64,000 bases of DNA from NCBI RefSeq assembly GCF_009914755.1, contig NC_060947.1. One strand, given 5' to 3'. The notes beneath the pieces are model-generated. The model saw nothing but the letters and a program-made list of their open reading frames with translations. It had not been told where the DNA came from and searched no databases. This document shows positions 28,110 to 42,751 of the stretch, piece by piece (position 1 is the stretch's first letter; the number at the start of each line of letters is the position of its first letter). The translations under genes were made by a program, and so were the position numbers. This stretch comes from the human T2T-CHM13v2.0 reference genome, Homo sapiens.

Positions 28110-28730
28110 ATTAAAAACTGTGTATAAAATGCTGTTTAAAATCATGAAGGCAACCAAGGGATGACTAGATATCAATACTCTACAAGGCCAACATCTACGA
28201 TAACACTGGAACAGAGAGCTATAAGCTGAGCTCCAAAGCCACTTTTGTCCTTAAGAGATTTGTCAAACTGGGGGTCTGGAGCTTTTGTTTTTCACAGCTT
28301 CATGGTGACAGGTGAGAGAGAAGTTACACAGGGCCGGCGGCCTAAGGTGGGGAGTTTAGTACGATACTATCCCTATTAAAGTGAATCATAAGAGGCTAGG
28401 CCCTTGAGTAAGGGTGATCATCCCATCCCAGCAATTCCACCCCTGCAGAAGACTGCATGAAAAGTTGCCTTAACCTTGAACAAAATATGGGGATAAGATG
28501 ACTAGTCCCTAAGAAGTTGTTAACACAAGCTGGTCCTCACACATATTTGCAATTGAATTTATCACCTGGTTGGACAAAACTCGTCAAGAAATGAATGTAG
28601 AAAAAAAATTGAAGAAAAGAATGTAATTTAAAGTAGTACCTTAAAGGTACCTAAGTGCTTTGCAAGGCAAACACAAATACTCTCTGGAGGAAAGTACCTT
28701 CATCCTAACTCCCAAAGAATATCCACAAAT
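28110..28730 (+). mobile_element. Old L1ME-type 5'UTR fragment
   Basis: aagctgagctccaaagccacttttgtccttaagagatttgtcaaactgg; caaacacaaatactctctggagg. Confidence 0.55.
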
Positions 28731-30726
28731 GAAAACACAACATACTGAATTTATGGGATGAAGAAAAGCAGTGCTCAGAGGAATATTTGTAGCTGTAAAA
28801 ACCCGCATTATAAAAGACAGATCTCAAATCAATAACCTAACTTTGCACAGCAAGGATATAGAGAAAGAAGAGCAAACTAAATCCAAGCTGGCAGAAGGAA
28901 AGAAATAATAAAAGTTAAAGATAAAACAAATAGAGAATAGAAAAACAATGGAATCAATGAAGCCAAAATTGGTTAATGGAAAAGATCAACAAAACTGACA
29001 AGCATTTAAGTAGGCTGACTAAAATAAAAAGACAGATGAAAAGAACTAAAACTAGAAATAAAAGTGAAGACAATACTACTAACCTTAAAAGAATAAATGA
29101 ATTATAAGACAATACTGTGAACAATTATACCCCAACAAATTAGATAACCTAGATGAAATGGACAAATTCCTAGAAACACACAAACTACCAATTCTGACTC
29201 AAAAAGAAATAGAAATTCTGAATAGACCTATAAAAAGTTTTTTAAAAACCCATAAAAAGACTGAAGCAGTAATCAAAAACATCCCAAAAAAGAAAAGTCC
29301 AGGAACAGATGGCTTCACTGGTGAATTCTACAAAACATTTAAAGAAAAATTAACACCAATCCTTGTTAAACTTCCAAAAAATAGAGGAGGAGCGAACACT
29401 TTTAATTTATTTTATGATACCAGCATTACCCTTATACCAAAGCCAAATATATCATAAGAAAATAAAACTACAGACCAATATCCTTTATGAACATAGGTGC
29501 AAAAATCCTCAGCCAAATAATATCAAACTAAATCTAACAGTATATTAAAAGGGTTATACACCATGGCAAAGTGGGGTTTATTCCAGAAATGCAAGAGTGA
29601 GTGGTTCATTCTAAGAAAATCAGTCAATGTAATACACCAAATTAATAGAATGAAGGGTATAAAAATCACATGATCATCTGAACTGATGCAGGAAAAGCAC
29701 TTGTCAAAATTCAACAACCATTCATGATTCCAAAAAAAAAATGCCCAGAAAGCTGGCAATAGAGGGGAATTTTCTCAACATCATAAAGGGTATTCATGAA
29801 AACCCACAGTTCATCACATGTTTAATGGAGAAAGACTGAAAGCTTTCTTCCTATGATCAGTAACGGGGGTGTTTGCTGTCACCACTGCTATTTAACATTG
29901 TAGTGGAAGTTCTAACCAGAGCCATTAGGTAAGATGAAGAAATAAAAGGCATCCAAATTGGAAAGGATGAAGTAAAACTCTGTTTACATATGACATGATT
30001 GTATATATAGAAAATCTCAAAGGAATTGCCCCATAAAAATTGCTAGAACTAATAAACTAATTCTACAAAGTTTCAGAGCACAAAATCAATACAGAAAAAT
30101 TCGTGTTTCTGTATACCCACACTAAGCAATATGAAGAGTAATTTAAGAAAATAATTCAATTTATAACATCATCAAAAATAGTAAAATACAAAGGAATAAA
30201 TGTTTAACCAAGGAAGGAAAAGACTTGTACAATGAAAACTACAAAACATTGCTTAGGAAATTAAAGAATACCTAAATAAATGGAAAGATATTCCATGGAT
30301 TAGAAGATTTAATATCATTAAAGTGACAATATAAACTGAAATAGTCTACAAATTCAATGTAATATATATCAAAATTCCATTGCCCTTTTTTGTAGAAATG
30401 GAAAAGCTGACCTACAAATGCTTAAGGATTTACAAGGGGCCTTAATTATCCTAAATATCCCTTAAAAAGAAGAAAAAAGGTGGGAAGACTCATATTTCCA
30501 AATTTAAAATCTTATTAAAAAGCTAGAGGAATCAAAACAGTGTGGTACTGGCATAAGGACATATCTGTAGACTAGTGTAATAGAATTGAGACTCCAGAAA
30601 TAAACCTGTACATTTAGAGCCGATTGATTTGACAAGGGTGCCAAGGCCATCAATAAGGAGAGAATATTCTCTTCGACAAGAAATGCTGGCGTGACTGGAT
30701 ATCCACGTTTAAAAGAATGAACTTGG

Positions 30727-31023
30727 GGCCCGGCGCGGTGGCTCACGCCTCTAATCCTGGCACTTTGGGAGGCCGAGGCGGGCGGATTATCTGAGGAGTT
30801 CGAGACCAGCCTGGCCAACATGGTGAAACCCTGTCGCTACTAAAAATACAAAAAGTAGCCAGGCGCAGTGGCACGCGCCTGTAGTCCCAGCTACTTGGGA
30901 GACTGAGGCAGGAGACTCGCTTGAACCCGGAAGTGGAGGTTGCAGTGAGCAGAGATTTTGTCACTGCACTCCAGCCTGGGAGACAGAGTGAGACTCTGTC
31001 TCACAAAAAAAAAAAAAAAAAAA
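30727..31023 (+). mobile_element. AluS
   Basis: Full dimer plus A-tail; flanks aaaagaa...ttggg repeated. Confidence 0.95.
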
Positions 31024-32570
31024 GTAAAAGAACTTAGAAGTTGGGTCCCTACCTTCTATTATGTACAAAAATTAACCCAAATTAAGTCTAATCCTAATAT
31101 AAGAGATAAACTATAAAACTCTTAGAATAAAACTTTGGCTATGACACCAAAAGCTTAGGCAATAAACAAATAAATAAATTAGACTTCATCAAAATTAGTC
31201 TTCTGTCTTCTGTGCATCAAAGGACATTATCAACAAATGTAAAAGATAGCCTACTCAATAGGAGAAATTTATAAATCATATGTCTGATAAGGATCTAATG
31301 TCAACAATGTATAAAGAACACTTAGAACTCAACAACAAAAGGGCAAACAATCCACTTAAATGTAGTCAAAAGAATTGAATAGACGTTTACCCAAAGAAGA
31401 TGTAAAAAGGGCCAAGAAGGAAATAAAAAGATATTCAACATCATTAGTTATTAGGGAACTACACATCAATACCACAATGAGATACCACTTTACACTTTAC
31501 ACCCATAAGGATGACTATAATTTTTTTAATGGAAAATAAGTGTTGGCAAGGATGATGAAGAAATTAGAACCCTTTTGTATTGCTGATGGGAATGTAATGT
31601 GTTTCATACATTTTTTAATACAGTTGGCAGCTCCTCAAAAAGTAAAATGTAGAATTACCTGATGATCCAGCAATTTTACTCATAGGTATATACCTAACAG
31701 AATTGAAAACATTTACCCACACAAAAACTTTTAAATGAAATGAATGTTCATAGCAACATTATGCATAACATCCAACATCTATTTCTGATAAAAATTCTCA
31801 TCATAATGGGACCAAAGGACATTCTAATAACCCGATAAAATGTATTAGCAAAAAACAAACAAACAAACAAAAACACACCAACTACAGCTAACATTTTAGT
31901 TAAAGGTGAAAGCCTCAATGTGTTTGCTTTGAAGTCATGAACAATGCAAGGATATAATTTTTCACCACTTATTTCACCAGCAGACTTGCAGTTGTATCCA
32001 TTATTGTATAGCAAGAAAGAGGCATCCAGATGGGAAACAAAGAACTAAAGCTGAAACTGTCTTTATTTTTCAGACTATATGATCTTCTATGTAGAAAATT
32101 TGATGGAATATACCAAAAAAGCTACTAAAAGTAATAAGTGAATTTAGCAAGGGTACAGGATAGAAGATCAACATACAAAATCAGTTATATTTATATTTAC
32201 CAAAAACGATCCAAAATTAAAATGGAAAAAATATCATTAACAGTAGCATAAAAATGTTAAATTCTTGGGGATTATTCTGACAACAGATATATAAGACCCA
32301 TTCAATGAAAATGAAAAACCGTTGTTGGGAAAAATTAAATAAGTAGAGAGATATATTGTTTTTATGAATCAGAAGGAAGACTCAATATTACTAAGATGCC
32401 AATTATTTCCACGCTTATCTACAGATTTACCACAATCCAAACAAAAATGCTAGGGTTTTTTTGAAATTGACAAGCTGATTCTCAAATTTACATGGAAATG
32501 TAAAGGGCCTAGATTAGCCAAAACAACTTCAAAAAATTACAGAGTTGGAGGAAAAATCTGCACTAGTTGA

Positions 32571-32577
<7 letters not shown>

Positions 32578-32605
<28 letters not shown>

Positions 32606-32616
32606 GAGACGGAGTC
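32578..32616 (-). mobile_element. Extremely 5'-truncated Alu (12 nt body plus tail)
   Basis: T-rich tail + TGAGACGGAGTC, flanked by perfect TSD GATTTTTCT 32569-32577/32617-32625. Confidence 0.85.
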
Positions 32617-32789
32617 GATTTTTCTAATCTTCTTATAATGCTACAGTAATCAAGACAGTATGCCATTAGTGTAGATAGACAATTAGATCAGTTTTTGCCA
32701 GCATCCATGCAACTGTGGTAGGCCAACTTGCCAGCTTGCGAGGTGGGTAAAAAATCTCAGACCCTTTACTTTTCCTGACACAAGAGCCT

Positions 32790-32919
32790 TCAAAGTTATT
32801 TGTAATGATGTATTTCTTACAGTAGGTTGGTAGGTTGTGAATGCATGCATGCTTATTTAATATTTACTCTTTAGATACATTTATATTATTTTTATGTATG
32901 ACATCGTTAATAATACAAA
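32790..32919 (+). mobile_element. L1ME 3' terminus
   Basis: gtaatgatgtatttcttacagtaggttggtagg...tttttatgtatgacatcgttaataatacaaaa. Confidence 0.6.
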
Positions 32920-32936
32920 AAATACTAAGTAAAATG

Positions 32937-33600
<664 letters not shown>

Positions 33601-34229
33601 ACTTTTAAGTTAGTCAAGCAATTCCATTGATAAGGGAACTTGTACTGTATTTTAATTAATGTAGCAAACAAATCCCTGAGTAAATATTGCTTGGATATTT
33701 GGCTTTTCATTTAAGTAAAAGCTCAAGAGCTCTGGGAGAACTTCAAATCTCCATGGCACCCATGGCCTCATTTTTAGCTCTGAGTACAACTGGAAGACTG
33801 ATATTGACAGGCTGAGATTGAGCCATATAAGGGGACAGCATAAGTTTAGCAGTTATTGCATATTGTATATGAGATTTCAGATGAAGATGCAGGACTTCAA
33901 TAATGAGACCTGGTATTTCTTGAAATCTGACTTAACAAATGCCTTTTTTCCCCCTTCACTATTCGTACTATTAAATCTCTCAAGTTGCTTCATGTGTTCC
34001 TCTTTCTGGCAGGTGGATAGCAGGGGAGAGAGAGTGGGTGTGAGGAAAAGACGCATATTAAACAGAGAAAGGGAGAAATTGGAAAAGAAAGAGGGGTAAG
34101 TAAAGAGAGAAGGAACAGGTCCAAATAGGAAAATAAATAGAGATAGTGAGATGGAGAGAAATAAATAGAGGGAATACAAAACAGGAGAAAGAAGATTGTA
34201 TCTATGGTGATAACAGTAAATTCTAATAC

Positions 34230-34438
34230 AAATCCCTACTATTATGTTCCTGTTTACCAGCTATTTTGCTATACGTCTAATCTGAAGTAGTACCTATGAA
34301 GTAGTACCTATTATTCCCATTTTATAAACGAAGAAAGAGGCTTAATTAAAGAAGTTAAGAAACTAGCTCCAAGGAGACAGAGTCTGGATCTGAATCCAGG
34401 TCTGCTTGTCTCTAGAGCCCATAATTTTCCCACTGTAT
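34230..34438 (-). mobile_element. MIR
   Basis: attattcccattttataaacgaagaaa...gaagttaagaaactagctccaagg...ggatctgaatccaggtctg. Confidence 0.8.
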
Positions 34439-35573
34439 CAGGTTACCTCTATATGATACTGAAACAACAGGTTAATAGACAAAAACGTAAGTTAAACAGG
34501 TTATTTGGCATCATATAAACATACCACACAACACAAAATAACCTATCATCATCCCTAGCTTTTATTTTCCTTAACTACCTCTCCTCAGGGTCCCCACCAC
34601 TTACAAAGATTCAATTTGATTAGTGTGCTTTGAGAGGAAGATAAGCAGGCAGGCAGGCAGAAAAATATTGCCATATCCTCAGTTTTCCCTTTTCCTGGAG
34701 TTTTCAGGTCAATCAGACAGCTTACCTCCCTCTGATCTCACAAAGGGCATAAAGCCCATTCCACTCATAAAAACTAGGTCCAAACCAGCATGTCCTAATT
34801 TTCTGGACCCCTTTGAGATTCTGAAGAAGGCTAGGACCCTCTCTCCAGAAAAATACACATACATACATACATACATACAAATTTTGCATGACAAGTCTGG
34901 AGTTTCACTGACCCCCTCAAAGTCCTGAGGTTTGCACCTGAGATGAGTCTTAGAGTCTGGAACTAGAAAGAGAATTACAGTGAATTCTGAGACAGAAGAT
35001 GAGCACCAACCCTAGCACCCTGGCTCTGCCAGGACTTTCTTGAATCCTTTTCAAATACAAAGTTGGATATGGTTGTCTTCTCTCCCATTTTAAGTCATGT
35101 CTCTATGAAAAGTTTTATGTAAGAAGGTTAAATTTTTTCCTATACTCAAATTTATTGATTGATTTGCACTACAATAAGGTAAGTTCCATACTTCCAACAT
35201 GGCATTACATTCTTTATACACTCCAGTGCCCACTGGCGGTCAAAGACAAATCTTTTGCCTTGAGTATTTGAATGTTATAGATGGCTATTACCTCCTGGAG
35301 GAGGCTAGCCCACTCTTAATTTCAAAATAGAGTCTTCTTTCTAGACATTTCTTACATTCAATTTTAATTTCTTAAAACTCTTGTATTCCACTAAAATTTT
35401 GATGAGGCCTTGTTGGGGTTCATGGTGAAATAGCGGCATATAGGAAAGAATGTTGGACAAAGAAGAGCCAAAACTTCCACTAATTTGCTGTGTTATTGTT
35501 ACTGCAGGTAAAAGACATTTCCTTTGTACCCTCAGTATTTTCTTCTGTAACATGAAGTGATTGCTACTGCTAT

Positions 35574-35908
35574 AAGTGCTTTTCAAATCTCTTTAAAAAT
35601 TCTTTAGTAGTGTAAATCTTCGTTTCAGTGGAAATCTTGAGCAGAATGCCAATATGTAGTTTGATATACCAAGAATAATAATGATAAAATAATGATAAAA
35701 TGTTTTCTTTGACTACTGTCAGGGGGAAATGAAATGCTCAATTGTATTAAAATGAACAAACTTTTCAGAGGAAAATAAAGATAAAAATAGAACTGCTGGG
35801 ATCAAAAGGCGATGAAGCGATGGCAAGGGACCGACTCCCTCCCTTCTTATCCTTCTCTCATACCACTGACACACCCATGAAGCACATCCATGCAGTTTGA
35901 AAACAGTT
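35574..35908. mobile_element. hAT-Charlie MITE (MER117-like)
   Basis: TIR-like agtgcttttcaaa ... gtttgaaaacagttg; gaaatcttgagcagaatgccaatatgta. Confidence 0.55.
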
Positions 35909-35929
35909 GATCAAGAGAGCAACACACTA

Positions 35930-36185
35930 ATAATAGTCAAAAGAATGTGATTTGGAGTTTAGCATTTATGGGTTCTAGCTCTGGCTTCTCACACTTAATA
36001 GCTCAGGGCCTTTGGCAAACTGCTTAATCCCTCTGTGCCTCATTTTCTATGTCTGAAAAATAAGGGTATTTAACATAGTTCTTATCACATAAGGTTGTGA
36101 AAATTTAGTGAATTAATATATGTAAAGTGATTATCCCAGTGCCTGCTACATGATAATTGTTCAATAAATGTTGGCTGTATTCTCA
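35930..36185 (+). mobile_element. MIR
   Basis: gggttctagctctggc...ttggcaaactgcttaatccctctgtgcctcattttc...tcaataaatgttggc. Confidence 0.88.
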
Positions 36186-36413
36186 TTATTGATCTATATA
36201 GTTTTAAACAAAGGCTTTGCTCATGAAGAATTAGTTTACCTAGCTTTCCCATTCTGCTCTCTTGCTCAGTAATTTCTTCTTTCCTAATCCATGCTAGAGC
36301 TAATATAACTAGACTATTAAGCAGGACCTCCCAATCTCTCTAATATTTTAGCCACACTGCAATAAACAAATGTAGTGAAAAATTAGTCGCATAGCAGACT
36401 GATTGAGCTATAC

Positions 36414-36657
36414 CTGTGATTTTCAAATTCTTCTTTTTAGTTGTGGAGTGCTTTTAATTTTTAAGTAAATTGTCACTCTGAGACTCAGTATATAAAGCAG
36501 ATAATAGTGGAGCCTCTCTGATTGAAGCAGGATTACCTTCTGTGTCTTTTAAATCCTCTACAACACCAGATTCCCACCCCTCCAACCATATACTCTTGAG
36601 AAATCAGAGAAACTCCAGTGCTTTGTGGAGTGGAGCAAAGCACTGGAAAACCACTGG
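36414..36657. mobile_element. hAT-Charlie MITE (MER117-like)
   Basis: ctgtgattttcaaa ... tggaaaaccactg termini; tatataaagcagataatagtggagcctctctgattgaagc. Confidence 0.6.
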
Positions 36658-38356
36658 ACCGCTAACACTCTTACAAATATTAGATTCTGTGGGACTAAAT
36701 TATTTCAGACTTGGACATACAGTTTGGTATTTTCCTTACTCCCATGATTTTAAGAAAAATGCAAATTGCAGAAACGGACATCTCACTCCTATAGATCATT
36801 CTTACACTCACTGGAAAGAAAAGGTAGGCCTTCATGTCCTATGATTGTGATCCATCTAGAGTCTACTTCCACTGAACTCCCATAGTACTTTTAAAAAATA
36901 GCTTTATAGAGGCATAATTGATACAATATCAACTGTATAATCTAAACTGTACAATTAGACACATTATTACATATGTGTACACCCAGTGAAACTGTTATTA
37001 CCATAAGGATAATGAAACATAGCCATCAGTCCCCAGAATTTCAGCAAGCTCCTTTGGATTTTCCTCCTAGCCCTCAGAAACTGCTGAATGGCTTTTGGTC
37101 ATTATAAACTAGTTTATATTTCCTAGATTTTTATGTAAGTGGAATCTTATTATATGTACTTTTTTTTGGTCTGGTCTCTTAACTCAATGTAATTATTTTG
37201 AAGTACATCTATGTTGTAATGTGTATCAACAACTTATTCCTTTTCATAGATGAGCAGTATTTTATTGTATGGATGTAGCACATTGTCTATTAGCACATGG
37301 ATGGACAGTTGAGTTGTTTCCAATGTCTAAGTATTACAAATAAAGTTGTTATGAACATTCATATGCAAATGTTTGTAAAGACATGCTCTCCTTTCTCTTA
37401 GATAAACATGTAGGAATAGAATGACTAAATCATATGTGTATGTTTAACTTTTAACATTTTAAGAAATTGCCAAATTATTTACCAAAGTTACTGCACCACT
37501 TTACATTTCCATCAACATTATATGAGATTTCTAATTGCTTTGCATCCTTACCAACACTTAGTAAGGTCAACCTTTTTAATTTTAGGCATTCTCATAGCTG
37601 TGTAGCAATATCTCATTATGGTTTGAGTCTGCATTTCCTTAATGACTAATGATGTTAAGCATCTTTTCATGTACTTATCAGTCATCTGTATGCTTTCTTT
37701 GTTGAAGTGACTATTTAAATTTTTTGTCAATTTAAAAATATGGGCAATTGTTTTCCTTATTATTGAGTTTTGTGGTTCATTTATTAGATATACTTCGCAA
37801 TGATTTTCTCCCAGTCTATAGCTTGTCTTTTCATTCTCTTATCAGCCTCTTTCAAAGAGAAGGAGTTGTAATTTTGATAAAGTCTGATTTATCAATTGTT
37901 TTGTATGGGTTTTATGGTTTATAATGTACCTAAGAAATCTCTGCCTAAAAATATTCTCCTATATTTTCTTCTAGAAGTTTTAAAGTTTTAGGTTTACATT
38001 CACATCTGTGATTCATTTTGAGTTAGTTTTTGTATATGATGTGAGATACGGATTAAAGTCATTTTTTTGCATATGCATATCCAAGTTTTAGAGCACCACT
38101 TACTGAAAATACATTTTCCCACTGAATTTCTTTTGACTCTTTGCCAAAAATTAATTGACTATATAATTAATTTTTGGCAAATGTATTTATATACATATAT
38201 TTATATATGAGTATATATATACACATACATATAATACATACATATATATATATATATGTATACCTTGGCTCTCTACTGGGCTCCATTGACCCATTTATTC
38301 ATTCATACATGAATATCATACTGGCTTGATTATTTTAGCTTTATAAAGGGTCTTGA

Positions 38357-40938
38357 GTGTTTCATAGTCCTCATTGTACAAGTATTTTATCACTTTGGTT
38401 AAGTTTATTCCTAAGTGTTTTATTCTTTTTGATACTATTGTAAATGGGATTATTTTCTTCATTTCCATTTTGGATAGTTTGTTGTTAGTCTATAGAAACA
38501 CAATTTATTTTTGTGTGTTGATTTTGTATCTTGCAACTTTACTGAATTTGTTTATTTGTTACAACAATTTTGTGCTATCATTAGGTTTTTCTACATATAA
38601 GATTATTTCATCTATGAACAGAGATAATTGTCCTTCTTACTTTCTAATTTGAATGTATTTTATTTCCTTTTCTTACCTGATTGCTTTGACTAGGACTTCC
38701 AGTACTACATGGAATAGCAGTGGTGAGAGTGGATATCCATGCCTTTTTCCAGATCATACAGTAAAAGCTTTCAGCTTTTCACCATTAAGTATGATGTTAG
38801 CTGCAGTGTTTTCATAAGCTTAACCAAGGAAGTGGAAGACTTGTACACTGAAAACTGTAAAAACATTTATGAAAAAACTAAAGCAGACACAAATAAATGG
38901 AAAAACATCCCATATTCGTGGACTGTAAAAGTAATATTATTAAAATGTCCACACTACCCAAAGTGATCTACAGATTAAATGCAATTCCTATCAAAATCCC
39001 AGTAGCATTTTTACAGAACTGGAAAAAACTGTCCAAAAATTCAAATGGAATCAGCAAAGATCCCAGCTACTCAAAGCAGATTGGAGGAAGAATAACAAAG
39101 CTAGAGGCACCATACTTCCTGATTTCAAAATATATTGCAAAGCTGTAGTAATTAAAACTGTTTTTATGCCAGTTTTATACCAGTATGGCATTGACAATAA
39201 AAACAGACATATAGACCAATGGAACAAAATGGAGACCTGAAACTGTAAAAGTTCTAGAAGAAAACATAAGGAAAATCTTCTTGACATTGGCCTTAGCAAT
39301 GATTTCTTCAATAGGACACTAAAAGCATAGGCAACAAAAGCAAAAATAGACAAGTGAAATTATATCAAACTAAAATGCTCTGCACAACAAAGGAAACAAT
39401 TAACAAAATGTAAAGGCAAACTCCAGAATGGGGAAAAGTATTTTCAACCCATACATCTGATAAATATATAGGAATTCCTAGAACTCAATATTTAAAAAAA
39501 AAGAAACCCACAAATACTTGTATTAAAGTGGGCAAAAAACTGCAGATGCATTTCTCCAAGGAAGACATACAAATAGCCAACAGGTATATGAAAATGTGCT
39601 CAACATCACTGATCATCAAGGAAATTCAAATCAAAACCACAATGAGATAATCACCTTATACCAGTGAGGATAGTGTATTAGTCCGTTTCACACTGTTTGT
39701 CAAAGACTAGGTAATTTACGAAGGAAAGAGGTTAACTGACTCACAGTTCTGCATGGCTCTGGGGGCCTCAGGAAACTTGCAATTATGGAGGAAGGGGAAG
39801 CAGGCACATCCTTCACAAGGTGGCAGGAGAGTGAGTGTGTGAAGGAGGAACTGTCAAACACCACACATCTTGTGAGAACTCACTTACTATCATGAAAACA
39901 GCATAGAAGAAACCACCCCCATGATCCAATTGCCTCTCTTTCTCCACACATGGAGATTACAGGTCCCTCCCTCGACATGTGGGGATTACAGGTCCCTTCC
40001 TCCACACGTGGGGATTACAATTTGAGATGAGATTTGGGTGGGGACACAGAGCCAAACCATAACAGATGGCTATTATATATTAAAAAGATAACAAGTGTTA
40101 GCAAGAATGTGGAGAAAGGGGTAATCTTGTACATCATTGGTGGGAATGTAAATTGTTCCAGCCAATATTGAGAACAGTATGGAGATTTCTGAAAACATTA
40201 AAAATAGAACCACCATTTGATCTAGTAATCTTACTTCAGGGTGTATACCCAAAGGAATTAATATCAGAATCCCAAAGAGATATCTGCGTAGCCATGTTCA
40301 TTGTAGCATTGTTCACAATAGCCAAGACATGGAAGCAATCTAAATGTCCACTGACAGATGGATTTAAAAAATGCAGTATATACATACAATGGAATACTAT
40401 TCAGCCTTAAAAAAGAAGAAAATCCTGCCTTTTGCAACAATATGGATGAACCTGTAGGACATTATGCTAAGTGAAATAAGCCATATACAGAAGGAGAAAT
40501 ACTGCATCATACTACTTATATGATACTGCTTTTTAAAATAGTCAAACTCATAGAAGCAGAGATTAGAATGGCGGTAGCCAGGGGATTGAAGGAGAGGGAA
40601 ACAGGGAGTTATTTATCCAAGGGTATAAAATTTCAGTTATGAAAGCTGGGTAATTCCTAGATATCTACTGTATAGCATAGTGTCTATAGTTAGCAATACT
40701 GTTTTACACACTTCAAAATTGGGTAAGAAAGTAAATATTACATTAATGTTCTTATAAAATAATAATAATAATAAAGACAGTGAGAGAAAAGTTTTGGAGG
40801 TGATAGATACGTTTATGCAATAGATTGTAATGATGGTTTCACTAGAGTGTACTTATCTAGGAACTCATCTAGTTGTATACATTCAATCTGTACAGTTTTT
40901 TATAACATCAATCATACCTCAGTAAAGTGTTTTTTTTA
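38357..40938 (+). mobile_element. L1MA10/L1MB1-like element with apparently inverted 5' part (38357-~38814)
   Basis: Antisense ORF2, then sense ORF2 ([10 protein letters not shown]) and 3'UTR ending catcaatcatacctcagtaaagtg; gtcttga repeated at both flanks. Confidence 0.8.
39674..40064 (-). mobile_element. THE1D/MSTA-like solo LTR with internal 29-30 bp triplication (39941-40020)
   Basis: tgtattagtccg...agagccaaaccataaca; TSD GATAG/GATGG. Confidence 0.9.
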
Positions 40939-42063
40939 AGTCTTGAAATTACATGGTGTTTATCCTCCAGTTTTGGTCTTATTATCCAAAGTTGTTTTAA
41001 CTATTTCAGGTCATTTGTATTTGCAAATAAATTTTAGAATCAGTTTGTCAAATTTTAGAATTAGCTTTATATACAATAAATCTTGCAATACTTTTTAAAT
41101 TATTAACAAATAACTTCCGAGAAAAGAGTTGCAAAAATCGTACATAATATTTCTATCTACACTTTGCCCAAGTTTTCCTAATGTTAACATCTTACATAAC
41201 CATGGTACAATGACCAAAATTAAGAAATTAACATTGGTACAATACTATTAACTATAGACTTTATTCAGATTCTCTTTGTTTTTAAATAATGTCTGTTTAT
41301 TGTTTCAGGATCCAAACCAGGATATCACATTGTATTTAGTTGTCCTTCCAATCTGTGACGGCTCCTCAATCTCTCATGTTTCTCATGACCTTAACACTTT
41401 TGAAGCATATTTGTCAAGCATTTTGTAGAGTATCCTTCAGTTTGAGTTTTTCTGATGTTTTCTCATTATTAGACTGAGCGTATGGATTTTGGGGAGGAAT
41501 ACCATAGAGATAAAGTGCCATACACATCACATAATATCAGGGGTTGCATGATATCAAGATGACTTATCGTGGGTGATATTAACCTTGATCACTTGGTTAA
41601 GGTTGTGTCTGATGGATTTCTCCACTGTAAACTTGTATTTTTCTGTTTCCATACTCCATTCTTTAAAAAGAAAGTCACGGAATTCAGCCAACACACAAGG
41701 GGAGATAAATTAAATTCCCTCCATCTCCAGAAGGTAGGAATATTTAAAAAAATTGTGGGTACATGTTAAAACTACCACAGTAATTAATAAATATTTTGGA
41801 AGATACACTTTGAGGTTATGTTAATACCCAATTTCAATTTCACTTTAAAGTTTTATCTACTCATTTTAGCATTTATCAGTGTATTTTGCCTGCAGCAACT
41901 GGTACTGTGGTGTTCTAAAAGTTATTTTCTACTTTCCCCATTCCTTCTACATTTATTAATTTGAATTATTCGGTAAGGAAGAGTTGTTACTTCTCTCTCA
42001 TTTCTTTATTTATTGAATCATTTATCTCAGCATAGAATAACAGATATTTATTCTTTGGGTTAT

Positions 42064-42419
42064 TGATATGGTTTGGCTCTGTGCCCCCACCCAAATGTCA
42101 TCTTGAATTGTACTCCCATAATTCCCACATGTTGTGGGAGGAACCCAGTGGGAGATAATTTGAATCATGAGTGCAGTTTCCCCCGTATTGTTCTCTTGGT
42201 AGTCAATAAGTCTCACGAGATCTGATGGTTTCATGAGGCATTTCTGCTTTTGCATCCTTCTCCTTTTTCTCTTGCCACCACCATGTAAGAAGTGCCTTTC
42301 ACCTGCAGCCATGATTTTGAGGCCTTCCCAGCCACGTGGAACTGTAAGTCCAGTTAAACCTCTTTTTCTTCCCAGTCTTGGCTTTGTCTTTATCAGCAGC
42401 ATGAAAACGGACTAATACA
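42064..42419 (+). mobile_element. THE1A/B solo LTR
   Basis: TGATATGGTTTGGCTCTGTG...GAAAACGGACTAATACA; TSD GTTAT/GCTAT. Confidence 0.95.
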
Positions 42420-42751
42420 GCTATAATCCAATAATATTATTATATAGTTTATTGCTCAAATTGTTCAAATTTTGGCCATTGAAAGCTTTTTCAGGTTGAC
42501 TAATGTTTTCTTTTGACATGCCCCATGTTTTGTTTTTTTAAGAACTTCTTTACTTTCTGGCACTACAAGATGCTCCAGGATCACCTAGTGATTTCCCTGT
42601 CCCAGCCTCAAAATCAGACACTTCTCCAAGTATCCCTGGTTCCTTTGATGGGAAAATGGTATGAAAAATGAATATCTGGGCTCTAAGTGTGCTCATTGCT
42701 GCTAGGTTGTCACTGCTTCTATCTGTTAGTGGACAGAGCTAGAAATGTATA

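Larger units (their letters stand above)
28730..32690 (+). mobile_element. L1MB/MC ORF2 segments (at least two elements, junction ~31770)
   Basis: MDKFLETHKLP...KKSPGTDGFTGEFYKTFKE peptide; the ORF2 RT region occurs again after 31770. Confidence 0.85.

Noticed and set aside
34282-34310. 14-bp tandem duplication (similar 19-bp one at 48936-48977)
   Set aside because: Ordinary slippage duplications within MIR and L2.
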